Shown: positions 11,086 through 19,685 of the stretch, piece by piece
Layout of the letters: the number at the start of each line of letters is the position of its first letter
Position numbering within the stretch: the stretch's first letter is position 1
Assembly (NCBI GenBank): GCA_963662405.2
Contig: CAXXKT010000001.1
Span: 480,001-544,000, forward strand
Length of the DNA stretch: 64,000 nt
Reading direction: 5' to 3'
DNA from: Syntrophales bacterium
GTDB lineage: Bacteria > Desulfobacterota > Syntrophia > Syntrophales > UBA2210
Made by a program: the position numbers and the translations under genes
The notes under the pieces: generated by a model
Database searches by the model: none
Told to the model about the DNA's origin: nothing
Seen by the model: only the letters and a program-made list of their open reading frames with translations

Positions 11086-11195
11086 GAAAATCCGGATCCG
11101 TAATATTTCTTTAAAACAAAGACCACAATAAGAACAGGCTTGAAATTTATTTTATTTCTTGATATTGCTCTGCAAAAGCAATTAAGGAAAATATC

Positions 11196-11999
11196 ATGAA
11201 GGCAAAGGGGTCGGGACTGGGCAATCTTTCATCACGATTTTTTGCCTATACCCAACTCAAGAAGAAAGACCTTGTCCGCACCGGGGAGCTATCTCCCGTT
11301 TTGAACATTACAGCATCACAGGAAAATGGTCTGCTTCGCCGCCTGTCAGACGCGGGATGGATTGTCAGGCTCAAGCGGGGTATATACCTTGTTCCGCCTC
11401 GTATCCCTGCCGGTGGCACATACAGTCCGGGTATCGCCCTGATCCTTCAAAAGCTCATGAAAGAAGTGAGCGGCACTTATCAGATCTGTGGGCCACCCGC
11501 CTTTAATTTTTACGGGCTCGATGACCAGATCCCGACCATTACCTACGTTTACAATAATCGTATTTCAGGAAGTCGCAGGATAGGAAACCTGTCATTTCAG
11601 TTCATAAAAGTTGCCGATGACCGACTTGGTGCCACCAGTGTTTTTCGTACAAGCGAGGGGACCGAAACCACCTATTCTTCCAAAGCCAGAACCCTCATGG
11701 ATGCGGTATATGACTGGTCCCGCTTCAATAGCCTGCCCCGTGGGTACGACTGGATCAGGAGAGAGATCAAGGAAGACTTGGAGCTTGGGGCGGAACTCGT
11801 CACGGTGATCGGGCAATACGGAAATCAGGCAACAGCCCGGCGGATTGGTTATCTTCTTGATTCCTTTTTACAGGACCGCGCCATTCTTACAGAACTCCAG
11901 CGACAGCTCAGTGTTTCCAAGGCCCTCATCCCCTGGATCCCCGTAAAGCCAGCCAGAGGCACTATCAATAGAAAATGGGGGGTCATCGTCAATGAATAG
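11196..11999 (+). CDS. type IV TA antitoxin, AbiEi-like transcriptional regulator
   Basis: N-terminal wHTH-like segment with RLKRGIYLV, then AFNFYGLDDQIP and RRIGYLL; overlaps the downstream toxin gene. Confidence 0.75.
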   Translation: MKAKGSGLGNLSSRFFAYTQLKKKDLVRTGELSPVLNITASQENGLLRRLSDAGWIVRLKRGIYLVPPRIPAGGTYSPGIALILQKLMKEVSGTYQICGPPAFNFYGLDDQIPTITYVYNNRISGSRRIGNLSFQFIKVADDRLGATSVFRTSEGTETTYSSKARTLMDAVYDWSRFNSLPRGYDWIRREIKEDLELGAELVTVIGQYGNQATARRIGYLLDSFLQDRAILTELQRQLSVSKALIPWIPVKPARGTINRKWGVIVNE

Positions 12000-12870
12000 A
12001 TTGAATTTTCCCTACCCGCACATTACGGACCGCGAGATCTTCAGGGAATCTCTACAACATTCAGAGGCTGCTACCGGATTTACCGCGACTCTGATTGAAA
12101 AGGATTACTACTGCTCATTGATCCTGCAATACCTATTCAGCAACGATACACCCCTTGTTTTCAAGGGAGGGACCTGTCTCTCAAAAGTGTATGTGGATTT
12201 TTATCGGCTCAGCGAAGATCTGGATTTTGTCATACCAGTCCCCGTTGGCACAACCCGACCGCAGAGACGGGCGGCCGTCGAACCGGTGAGGAAAACCGTA
12301 GGGGAATTGTCAGACAGGATTCCCAAGGTGTTGATGTCAGAAGCATTTCAGGGGCACAACGAATCCCGGCAATATATAGGACAGTTCGAATACCCATCGG
12401 CGATTATTGACAAAAAGGAGAGGATAAAAATCGAAGTCGGACTGCGTGAGCCGCTGCTTATCCAATCGGAATCAAAAACAGCGCGCACTGTGGCAATAAA
12501 TCCCTTCAGCCTTCAGCCGCTCTTAACAGAATTTAAGGTCAATGCCATGGCATTGGATGAAATGTACGCGGAAAAATTCCGGGCAGCCCTGACGAGAAGA
12601 GAACCCGCAATCCGGGACTTTTTCGACCTTTTCCATGCCGTTATCAACAAAGGGTTCAATTTCCGTGATCCCGAGTTCGCAAACATGGTAAGGGCAAAAA
12701 TCCTCGTACCGGGTAACGATCCTGTCGATATTTCTACAGAGAAAAAACTCGGACTCGATCGACAACTGAAAACGCAGTTAAAGCCGGTTTTACGCCCCAG
12801 GAATTTTGCTTCGTTTGATCTGGACAAAGCCTTTGATCTTGTTCTGAGTATGGCGGAAGCAATCTCTTGA
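11992..12870 (+). CDS. type IV TA toxin, AbiEii/AbiGii nucleotidyltransferase
   Basis: LIEKDY, FKGGTCLSK, RLSEDLDF, AEKFRA and RDFFD motifs. Confidence 0.88.
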   Translation: MNRLNFPYPHITDREIFRESLQHSEAATGFTATLIEKDYYCSLILQYLFSNDTPLVFKGGTCLSKVYVDFYRLSEDLDFVIPVPVGTTRPQRRAAVEPVRKTVGELSDRIPKVLMSEAFQGHNESRQYIGQFEYPSAIIDKKERIKIEVGLREPLLIQSESKTARTVAINPFSLQPLLTEFKVNAMALDEMYAEKFRAALTRREPAIRDFFDLFHAVINKGFNFRDPEFANMVRAKILVPGNDPVDISTEKKLGLDRQLKTQLKPVLRPRNFASFDLDKAFDLVLSMAEAIS

Positions 12871-12910
12871 TAGCATATCGAATCAAGGACCGTTGTCCCC
12901 ATATTCACAC

Positions 12911-12967
12911 CCCGTCTCTCCCGAGCGGCTCCAGGAAAAGATCGGGGATATTGAAAGGATGCTCTAG
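12911..12967 (+). repeat. diverged second copy of the last 57 bp of hrpA (direct repeat of 11029-11085)
   Basis: Encodes PVSPERLQEKIGDIERML* versus hrpA PVSPKRLQEKIGQIERML*; 46/57 nt identical by manual count. Confidence 0.9.
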
Positions 12968-13190
12968 AAGAACTCTGGACACACCGGTTAAAAATCTTCC
13001 TGTAATATTCCTTGACAAGATATAACAATGGAGTTAGTGAGTTATTACACTTCATTGAAATTGCATGTATTCTGTACGCTTGTGAACAGCTGTAACCGAG
13101 GGGGGATTATGGTCTGATTATCGAAAGCCCTGTCCTTCGGAATACGGCCTTTTTATTCTAATGTGTTTTTAATAAAGGATATAGGATTAC

Positions 13191-13991
13191 ATGAAGATAT
13201 TGTTTTGGAATCTAAATAACCAAAACCTTGTTTATGAAACAACAGAACTTATTCATTCAGAAAACATTGATTTTATGGTTTTTTCTGAAACTACTGTCGA
13301 ATTTGTTGAAGAAGTAATAAATATCTTCAAGCTCAATTACCATAAAGTGTTTTATTTTCATGAAACTCCAGGATGTGACAGGATTAAGGTTATTTCTACA
13401 TTGAAATTGAACGAGATTAAACTCCTCAATCAACACAAATATTATTCGTTGATGCTGTTAAATGGTAAGGAAAGACGATTAATTCTTGGGATGGTCCATT
13501 TTCCTTCAAAGCGATATCACTCACCAGATGAAAGTAGAAGAGCATTTGAAATATTGCATAGGGCAATTTCAAGAGAAGAAGAAACTCATAGAGTAAATGA
13601 TAGTTTAATTGTTGGTGATTTCAATGTCGACCCTTTTGAGATGCCAATGGTTTCATTCACAGGTATGTGTGCTACGAACGCTAAAGATTCTCTTGCTCTC
13701 GATACGGTGAAAAGAGCAACAGAAGAAAAAAGGTTGTTTTTTAATCCTATGTGGTCTTTATATTCAGTTTTTGATCAAACACCTGGCACTCATAAATATG
13801 ATCGATTGGGAGAAGATGTTATAAAGTGGCATTTTGTGGATCAAGTCATAATTCGTCCCTCTTTAATAGACGCTTTTAAGTTTAATTCCCTCAAAGTGAT
13901 AAGCGGCACAAAAGCATATAATTATACAAACAAAAATGGGGTTCCAATTTTATCTGATCATCTTCCGATATCTTGCGAAGTTGAATTATAG
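13191..13991 (+). CDS. endonuclease/exonuclease/phosphatase (EEP) family protein, AT-rich
   Basis: ILFWN, SE, GDFN, DQV and SDHLP catalytic motifs. Confidence 0.85.
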   Translation: MKILFWNLNNQNLVYETTELIHSENIDFMVFSETTVEFVEEVINIFKLNYHKVFYFHETPGCDRIKVISTLKLNEIKLLNQHKYYSLMLLNGKERRLILGMVHFPSKRYHSPDESRRAFEILHRAISREEETHRVNDSLIVGDFNVDPFEMPMVSFTGMCATNAKDSLALDTVKRATEEKRLFFNPMWSLYSVFDQTPGTHKYDRLGEDVIKWHFVDQVIIRPSLIDAFKFNSLKVISGTKAYNYTNKNGVPILSDHLPISCEVEL

Positions 13992-14005
13992 CAAAGGAGA
14001 ACGAA

Positions 14006-14461
14006 ATGGATATTTGGGATAAAGGGTTCCAAGAGCCAAAAGTTCGATTTCCAGAGGAGATAATAAAGGATTATATTAAATCATTTGACAAAGCCACCGA
14101 AGGATATGCGTCTCTTTCTCTGCGAACAATCGAAGGTGTCGACAAAACTGTACTTGGTTTAAATGCTGATTTTCAGTATGAGCTACGACTAACAAGTAAT
14201 ATAATTGGAGGATATTCCTTTCAGGTATTTCGATTTGGGTATAATGTTACAATATACCCTGTGAGAATTATATTTGCAGATGAAATCGCCGATGAACTTG
14301 GTATTCATGAAGCTTCTTTTGGTGATAGGGTTATCACAGTAGATGATGAAGCGACTTTTAGTCATTTAGTGAAATCCGCGTTTACATCTGAAAGATTTAG
14401 GGAAATAGTTGGTGGACTGATTAAGATAACAAAGGCTAGGATAAAAGCGGCAATGGAATAA
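14006..14461 (+). CDS. hypothetical protein, operonic with the EEP gene, AT-rich
   Basis: 151-aa ORF with an AAGGAG RBS, 14 bp after the EEP stop. Confidence 0.75.
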   Translation: MDIWDKGFQEPKVRFPEEIIKDYIKSFDKATEGYASLSLRTIEGVDKTVLGLNADFQYELRLTSNIIGGYSFQVFRFGYNVTIYPVRIIFADEIADELGIHEASFGDRVITVDDEATFSHLVKSAFTSERFREIVGGLIKITKARIKAAME

Positions 14462-14485
14462 TTTCTGTGCTCATAGAATCTAAGT

Positions 14486-14585
14486 ACTTCCCGTATTAAA
14501 ACATGGGTAAAATATGGCAAAACTCCCCGGATTGTTAACACGCCGGCAATTCCGGGGACAAATTCCGGGGACACCTTACTTAATT
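14486..14585. repeat. REP-like element (acttcccgtatt half-site plus tandem aattccggggaca x2)
   Basis: Shares motifs with 16736, 17980 and 19443. Confidence 0.6.
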
Positions 14586-14696
14586 ATTGAAAGTAATCCA
14601 CTATAATTATTATGGCAAATATGGCGGCATTCCTCGGGTTTTTAATATGGGACTCTGGGTTTCCCCCCACCTGAATACGAAAAAGGAGTACGATAG

Positions 14697-15890
14697 ATGA
14701 AGCGAGCGCTCGACGGGATTCGTGTGCTGGATCTGGGGAGTTATATCGCAGCACCGTATTGTGCCATGTGCCTGGCGGACCATGGCGCGGAGGTCGTACG
14801 GGTCGAGCCTCCCGGCGGCAAGGTCGACCGCGAGCTGGGCCCCTTCGCCCCCAACGGGCAGTCGATGATCTACGGCCTGTCTTATCAGCGCAACAAGAAG
14901 AACATCACCCTGAATCTGCGGACGGAGACGGGGAAGCGGCTCCTCGATGAACTGGTTAAGAAATTCGATATCCTCGTCCACAACTACCCGAAGGGGACGG
15001 AAGAGGCCGACACGCTCGATTACGATCGTCTGAGCGGGATCAATCCGGCATTGATCGTCGTGGCCGTCTCCGGCTTCGGCCAGGACGGCCCCTACGCGGA
15101 GCGTCCCTGCTTTGATGCCATCGCTCAGGCGATGTCGGGGATGATGAGCTATACGGGCTGGCCCGGCGGCGATCCGCTGCGAGCGGGGCCTTCGTATATC
15201 GACTTCAACACGGGCGCACGGGCGGCCCTCGGGGCCGTGATGGCCTATCATGAACGCACCCAAAGCGGCCGGGGGCAGCTGGTCGACGTGGCCCTCTTTG
15301 ATGTGGCCTTCGGGATCGCCGCCGCGTCGGGGTGCGCCGCCGAGTACCAAGTGTGGGGAGAGGTGCGAAAGGCCGTCGGCAACGGGGGCTTCTACGCCTA
15401 CTGCTGCAGCGCACCCGCTACAGACGGCTTCCTGATGATTAATATCGTCGGGAACAACCTGTGGCGGCGGATGTGCCGCATCCTCGACCGGGAGGATATG
15501 ATCACGGATGACCGGCTCAAGGACAACCTGGCGCGGTACCGCAACTACCCGGTCATCGACAAGGTGATCTACGCGTGGACCGAGGACAAGACCGTCGCCG
15601 AGGCCATGGCTATTCTGGACAAGGCCGGCATCCCCTGCGGCCCCGTCAACGATGTTCCCGCGTCGATCGAGGTCCCGCAGGTGGCGGCACGGGAGATGCT
15701 GGTGGAGATCGACTATCCCGGCACGGGGACGGTGCCGGTGCCGGGGGTGGAGATCAAGTTGTCCCGAACGCCGGGGAGGATCGTCCGGCGGGCCTCTCTC
15801 CTCGGAGAGGACAACGAGGCCGTCTACTGCGGGCTTCTCGGATACGGCCCCGATGACCTGCAGCGATTCCGGGAGGAGAACACCATATAA
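14697..15890 (+). CDS. CaiB/BaiF family III CoA-transferase
   Basis: LDGIRVLDL, GAEVVRVEPPGG, RNKKNITLNL and SGFGQDGPY motifs. Confidence 0.92.
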   Translation: MKRALDGIRVLDLGSYIAAPYCAMCLADHGAEVVRVEPPGGKVDRELGPFAPNGQSMIYGLSYQRNKKNITLNLRTETGKRLLDELVKKFDILVHNYPKGTEEADTLDYDRLSGINPALIVVAVSGFGQDGPYAERPCFDAIAQAMSGMMSYTGWPGGDPLRAGPSYIDFNTGARAALGAVMAYHERTQSGRGQLVDVALFDVAFGIAAASGCAAEYQVWGEVRKAVGNGGFYAYCCSAPATDGFLMINIVGNNLWRRMCRILDREDMITDDRLKDNLARYRNYPVIDKVIYAWTEDKTVAEAMAILDKAGIPCGPVNDVPASIEVPQVAAREMLVEIDYPGTGTVPVPGVEIKLSRTPGRIVRRASLLGEDNEAVYCGLLGYGPDDLQRFREENTI

Positions 15891-15899
15891 GGCATATAA

Positions 15900-15945
15900 G
15901 GGGACATGAGCCGCTTCACATCACATGGGGAGTGTCCCTGGGGTT
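15900..15945. repeat. degenerate REP-like palindrome
   Basis: ggggaca...gggagtgtccctggggtt resembles 16736-16779. Confidence 0.5.
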
Positions 15946-16050
15946 ACCCCTACTAATTTCTTGACGCCTCCTCACTTATTTGTCATATTCTTTCGGTCAG
16001 TTAAGGGGCTTTGCCTCTATTGGGTTATTCTTGTGAGAGGAGTGGGCCTA

Positions 16051-16719
16051 ATGACGAAATATAAGATTCTTGTTCTCATGTTGATGTTTCTTTTTACCGC
16101 TGCTGAAGCCCGGGCCGAATATGTCGCGCAATTCGAGTTTACCGCCGACACCAGCGCTTCGGGACTTCCCGCTTATATCGCCAGCGCGACGTATGACGGA
16201 AGCAATTTGTCTGGCTTGTCGGGTATAGGCAACGACGGGTTCGGCAACGTGTTAGAGACCTACCCTGGTTCAAGCGCGACCAGCGCGGCCTTGGCCCTCG
16301 CCAACGATGCCTATTTCACGATCACAATAACGGCTCATCCCGGTGAAACTTTCGACCTGGATACTCTCTTTTACAAGATCGGGAAAGGCGGGGCCTCCGA
16401 CCCCCGGGGCTATTTCATCCGATCGAGCGTCGACGGATACGCGGCCGACCTTTATGCCGAGACGCTGCCGACAGGCGCCGCACAAGCGCCGGCCCTGAGA
16501 ATGTTCAATTTATCGGGGCATGACAACTTGTCCACTGTCACCTTCCGGTTTTATATGTTCACCCCGGATCCGATTTGGACCTCGGTCGACTGGAAAGAGA
16601 TCTATTTTTGGAGCAGTCCAACCTCCATTCCCACCCTGAACGAATGGGGAATGCTGCTCTTTGCCGGGATATTGCTTTTAACCGCGATCAGAAGATTGAA
16701 GAAACAAAGGGAGATATGA
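16051..16719 (+). CDS. secreted protein with IPTL-CTERM sorting signal
   Basis: Signal peptide ending ARA; C-terminal IPTLNEWG + TM helix + basic tail. Confidence 0.85.
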   Translation: MTKYKILVLMLMFLFTAAEARAEYVAQFEFTADTSASGLPAYIASATYDGSNLSGLSGIGNDGFGNVLETYPGSSATSAALALANDAYFTITITAHPGETFDLDTLFYKIGKGGASDPRGYFIRSSVDGYAADLYAETLPTGAAQAPALRMFNLSGHDNLSTVTFRFYMFTPDPIWTSVDWKEIYFWSSPTSIPTLNEWGMLLFAGILLLTAIRRLKKQREI

Positions 16720-16735
16720 AATATAGAGAAATATA

Positions 16736-16772
16736 GGGACACTTCCCGTATTTTTCATACGGGAAGTGTCCC
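16736..16772. repeat. REP-like palindrome with a perfect 16-bp stem
   Basis: gggacacttcccgtat-ttttc-atacgggaagtgtccc. Confidence 0.9.
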
Positions 16773-16780
16773 GGGTTTTG

Positions 16781-17947
16781 CTACATGGCCTTCTCAAGGA
16801 TCTCCCGGCTTATCTCCAGTGTGACATCGCGGGTCTCCGAGAGCGCGACCAGTCCGTGGGCCTTGAGCTGTTCGATTACAGCCGGTATCTTGTCGGCGGT
16901 CACTCCGTGCTGGGACAGGCGGGTCTTGACGCCAAGGCTCTCAAAGAATTCCCTGGTCTTCCGGATGGCCAGGTCGATCCGTTCCTCCTCGCCGCCCTGC
17001 TCTATGTGCCACACGCGCTCGGCGTACTGCAGGAGCTTCGCGCGTTTCTGTTCGCGTCTCACCTCAAGCACGGCCGGAAAGAGAATCCCCAGCGTCTGGC
17101 CGTGGTCGATGCCGAACAGCGCGGTGAGCTCGTGTCCGATCATGTGCGTCGCCCAGTCCTGGGGCACCCCGGCGGCGAGGAGACCGTTCAGGGCCATGGT
17201 CGCGCTCCATACGAGATTCGCCCGCGCGTCATAATTCTCCGGTTCGGCAACGGTCGTTTCTCCCACTTCGATCAGCGTCTGGAGGACACCTTCGGCCATC
17301 CGATCCTGGACTCTGGCATCCACGGGGTAGGTAACGTACTGCTCGGCGACATGCACGAACGCGTCGATCACGCCATTGGCCACCTGAATCGGGGGAAGCG
17401 TAAAGGTGATCGTCGGATCCAGTATTGAAAATTGGGGAAATGCCAGCGCGGACACGATCGGAAATTTCCCGTGCTCATAACTGATGACGGCCCCACAATT
17501 CATCTCAGACCCCGTAGCCGGCAATGTCACAACGGTAGCGAATGGAACCACCGTATCCACCACATCACGAGGAATCGACCTGAAGCTGTATTTCAGCAGA
17601 TCGCTCGGATCTCCCTGATAGGGTGAGGCAAGGGTAATGAATTTCGTCCCGTCGATAACGGACCCGCCGCCGACGGCAAGGATAAAGTCAATCTGCTCGC
17701 CGCGCACAATCTCTACGGCCTTTACCAGGGTCTCGTAGCGCGGATTGGGTTCGATGCCCCCGAACTCGACGACCGTCCTGTCGCCAAGGGCGGTCTTCAC
17801 CGTATCGAGGAGGCCGCTCCGTTTGGCGCTGCCGCCTCCGTAGGTGATCAATACCCTGGCACCTGCCGGCACATACTTATCAAGAACCGCAAGCTTGTCC
17901 TTACCGAAAATAATTCGCGTCGGGTTATAGAACTCAAAGTTAAACAT
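16781..17947 (-). CDS. iron-containing alcohol dehydrogenase (YqhD/BdhA-like)
   Basis: MFNFEFYNPTRIIFG, YGGGS, GGGSVIDGTK, TLPATGSE and DWATHMIGHELTA motifs. Confidence 0.92.
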   Translation of the reverse strand: MFNFEFYNPTRIIFGKDKLAVLDKYVPAGARVLITYGGGSAKRSGLLDTVKTALGDRTVVEFGGIEPNPRYETLVKAVEIVRGEQIDFILAVGGGSVIDGTKFITLASPYQGDPSDLLKYSFRSIPRDVVDTVVPFATVVTLPATGSEMNCGAVISYEHGKFPIVSALAFPQFSILDPTITFTLPPIQVANGVIDAFVHVAEQYVTYPVDARVQDRMAEGVLQTLIEVGETTVAEPENYDARANLVWSATMALNGLLAAGVPQDWATHMIGHELTALFGIDHGQTLGILFPAVLEVRREQKRAKLLQYAERVWHIEQGGEEERIDLAIRKTREFFESLGVKTRLSQHGVTADKIPAVIEQLKAHGLVALSETRDVTLEISREILEKAM

Positions 17948-17979
17948 GCTGTGCCCCCCTTGGAATGTAGTGAAATGGA

Positions 17980-18016
17980 GGGGCACTTCCCGTATTTTGA
18001 ATAGGGGAAGTGCCCC
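17980..18016. repeat. REP-like palindrome, 17-bp stem with one mismatch
   Basis: ggggcacttcccgtatt-ttg-aataggggaagtgcccc. Confidence 0.88.
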
Positions 18017-18264
18017 CGGTTTTCCGATTTTGCCATGGATATAAGATGAATTATATATAGTCTCTATTTATATTTGTACATCATTTTTCCGGGGAAGATC
18101 ATCTGGATTTTTATCTTCAGGCGATGGGAAGAGAAAATCGATGCCCTCATCTGCCGTTATTTGTCGGCCTCATACACTGAAAAGAATAGTGCAGATTGAA
18201 ACAGATGAGCCGCTCCACATCGCCATGGAGCGGCTCACGGGAAGACGAAGCATCGTCTTTCGGG

Positions 18265-19170
18265 TCAACCTTTCAAGATCCCTCCCTGGATCAGGGTATT
18301 GCGCAGCACCTCGCGGTTCTCTGATTTCAAGGGAACCATCGGCAGGCGGGGTTCCCCGGCGGGGAGTCCCATCATAGTGAGGGCCTCCTTTATGGGAACC
18401 GGGTTGGTTTCGATAAACAGCGCCCGGACGATTGGCAATGTCTTGAAATGGATCTCCCGGGCTTCCTCGATCCTCCCCTCGCGGTGCAGACGGATCATCT
18501 CGCGGTATTCTTTCCCGACCACATGGGACACCGCCAGGATTCCTCCGTCTCCTCCCAGGGACAGCATCGGAAACGTCAGCGCGTCCTCGCCGCACAGGAC
18601 CCAGAATTTATTCGGGTTGTTTCGCGTGGCGCGGATAATCTCCATGGTGATCGTCAGGTCACCGCACGCGTCCTTCATACCGATGATATTGTCTATCTGG
18701 GAGAGGACGATCATGGTGTTCGCTTCGATGAGCCGTCCCGTCCTCGACGGAATGTTGTAGATGAAGAGGGGCAGTTTCGTCGCCTTCGCGATCGCCTCGA
18801 AATGCCTCAAAAGCCCGTACTGAGTGGGTCTGTTGTAATAGGGGCACACCTGGAGGCTCGCGGAGGCGCCGATGTCCTCGGCGTGCTTCGTCATTGCTAT
18901 GGCCTCTTTGGTGCTGTTGGAACCGGTCCCGGCCATCACCGGCACCCGTCCCCGTGTTTCCTCTACGACGATTTCTATGACCCTGTTGTGTTCCCGGGTG
19001 TCCAGCGTCGGTGATTCTCCGGTCGTCCCACACGGCACGAGACCGTCACATCCCACGTCTTCGATATAGTAATTGACGAGTCTGCGGAGTCCCGCCTCGT
19101 CCACCGAGAGATCATCATGAAAGGGGGTAATGAGGGGCACATGGCATCCGGCCCACGATTGTATCTGCAT
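18265..19170 (-). CDS. dapA: 4-hydroxy-tetrahydrodipicolinate synthase
   Basis: GTTGESPTL, PYYNRP, YNIPSRTG, Schiff-base Lys in GMKDA, ETNPVPIK. Confidence 0.92.
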   Translation of the reverse strand: MQIQSWAGCHVPLITPFHDDLSVDEAGLRRLVNYYIEDVGCDGLVPCGTTGESPTLDTREHNRVIEIVVEETRGRVPVMAGTGSNSTKEAIAMTKHAEDIGASASLQVCPYYNRPTQYGLLRHFEAIAKATKLPLFIYNIPSRTGRLIEANTMIVLSQIDNIIGMKDACGDLTITMEIIRATRNNPNKFWVLCGEDALTFPMLSLGGDGGILAVSHVVGKEYREMIRLHREGRIEEAREIHFKTLPIVRALFIETNPVPIKEALTMMGLPAGEPRLPMVPLKSENREVLRNTLIQGGILKG

Positions 19171-19221
19171 TGTGTTCTCCTTGTCTGTTGAGGTTCAAAG
19201 TTATTGTCGATCAGCCTTCAC

Positions 19222-19253
19222 AACAAAAAAGCCATGGGGCTGACCCATGGCTT
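19222..19253 (-). terminator. intrinsic terminator in the dapA leader (attenuator)
   Basis: Minus strand aagccatggg-tcagc-cccatggctt followed by a U-tract, about 50 nt upstream of the dapA start. Confidence 0.8.
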
Positions 19254-19277
19254 CAAGGAGATTCTGCGTGCTCAGCG

Positions 19278-19370
19278 TTAAGGCATGCACGCCCTCAAAG
19301 CGATGGGTAGCCCCATACGCTTGACGCCCTGCTTCTTGCCGCTGATGCTTTCTATTGAGATGACGTTCAT
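19278..19370 (-). CDS. putative dapA leader peptide (30 aa, MNVISIESISGKKQGVKRMGLPIALRACMP)
   Basis: AGGAAG RBS, three clustered AAG codons, and a segment complementary to the downstream terminator. Confidence 0.6.
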   Translation of the reverse strand: MNVISIESISGKKQGVKRMGLPIALRACMP

Positions 19371-19442
19371 CGATCTTCCTGTCCGGATTTGATCGACGGA
19401 AGAAAACACATTTCGCCGACTATGTCAAATTGTTTTAGAAAC

Positions 19443-19590
19443 GGAGAGACATTTCTCGTATTTTTCATACGGGAAGTACCCCTGGAATCCGGGGACACCA
19501 TCTGAAATCCGGAAACACCATGCCTATTTAAAATTCGGCGGCACTCACCTGGATTGTTAATTTGAGAAGCATCCCCGGTTTCCCCCCGCC
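19443..19590. repeat. degenerate REP-like palindrome plus tandem (g/a)aatccgg(gg/aa)acaccat
   Basis: Contains cgtatttttcatacgggaagt as at 16747-16768, and ggattgttaa and ggtttcccccc as near 14529 and 14658. Confidence 0.7.
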
Positions 19591-19685
19591 CGGCTCCCCG
19601 GCATAGGGGACCGGACCACGGGTAAAGAGCGCTTTTATAGACAGGAAGGTGACGGGGCGGAGGAGATTCGCTTCTCCACCCTGCG

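Noticed and set aside
13124..13156. Terminator or riboswitch upstream of the EEP gene
   Set aside because: Imperfect stem with a U-tract but no recognisable aptamer; too weak to call.
19171..19440. Lysine riboswitch upstream of dapA
   Set aside because: No L-box consensus recognised; the leader ORF plus terminator complementarity explains the region better. An Rfam scan is still advisable.
14486..19590. Integron attC cassette array
   Set aside because: No RYYYAAC/GTTRRRY boxes recognised, genes lie in both orientations, and no integrase is present.
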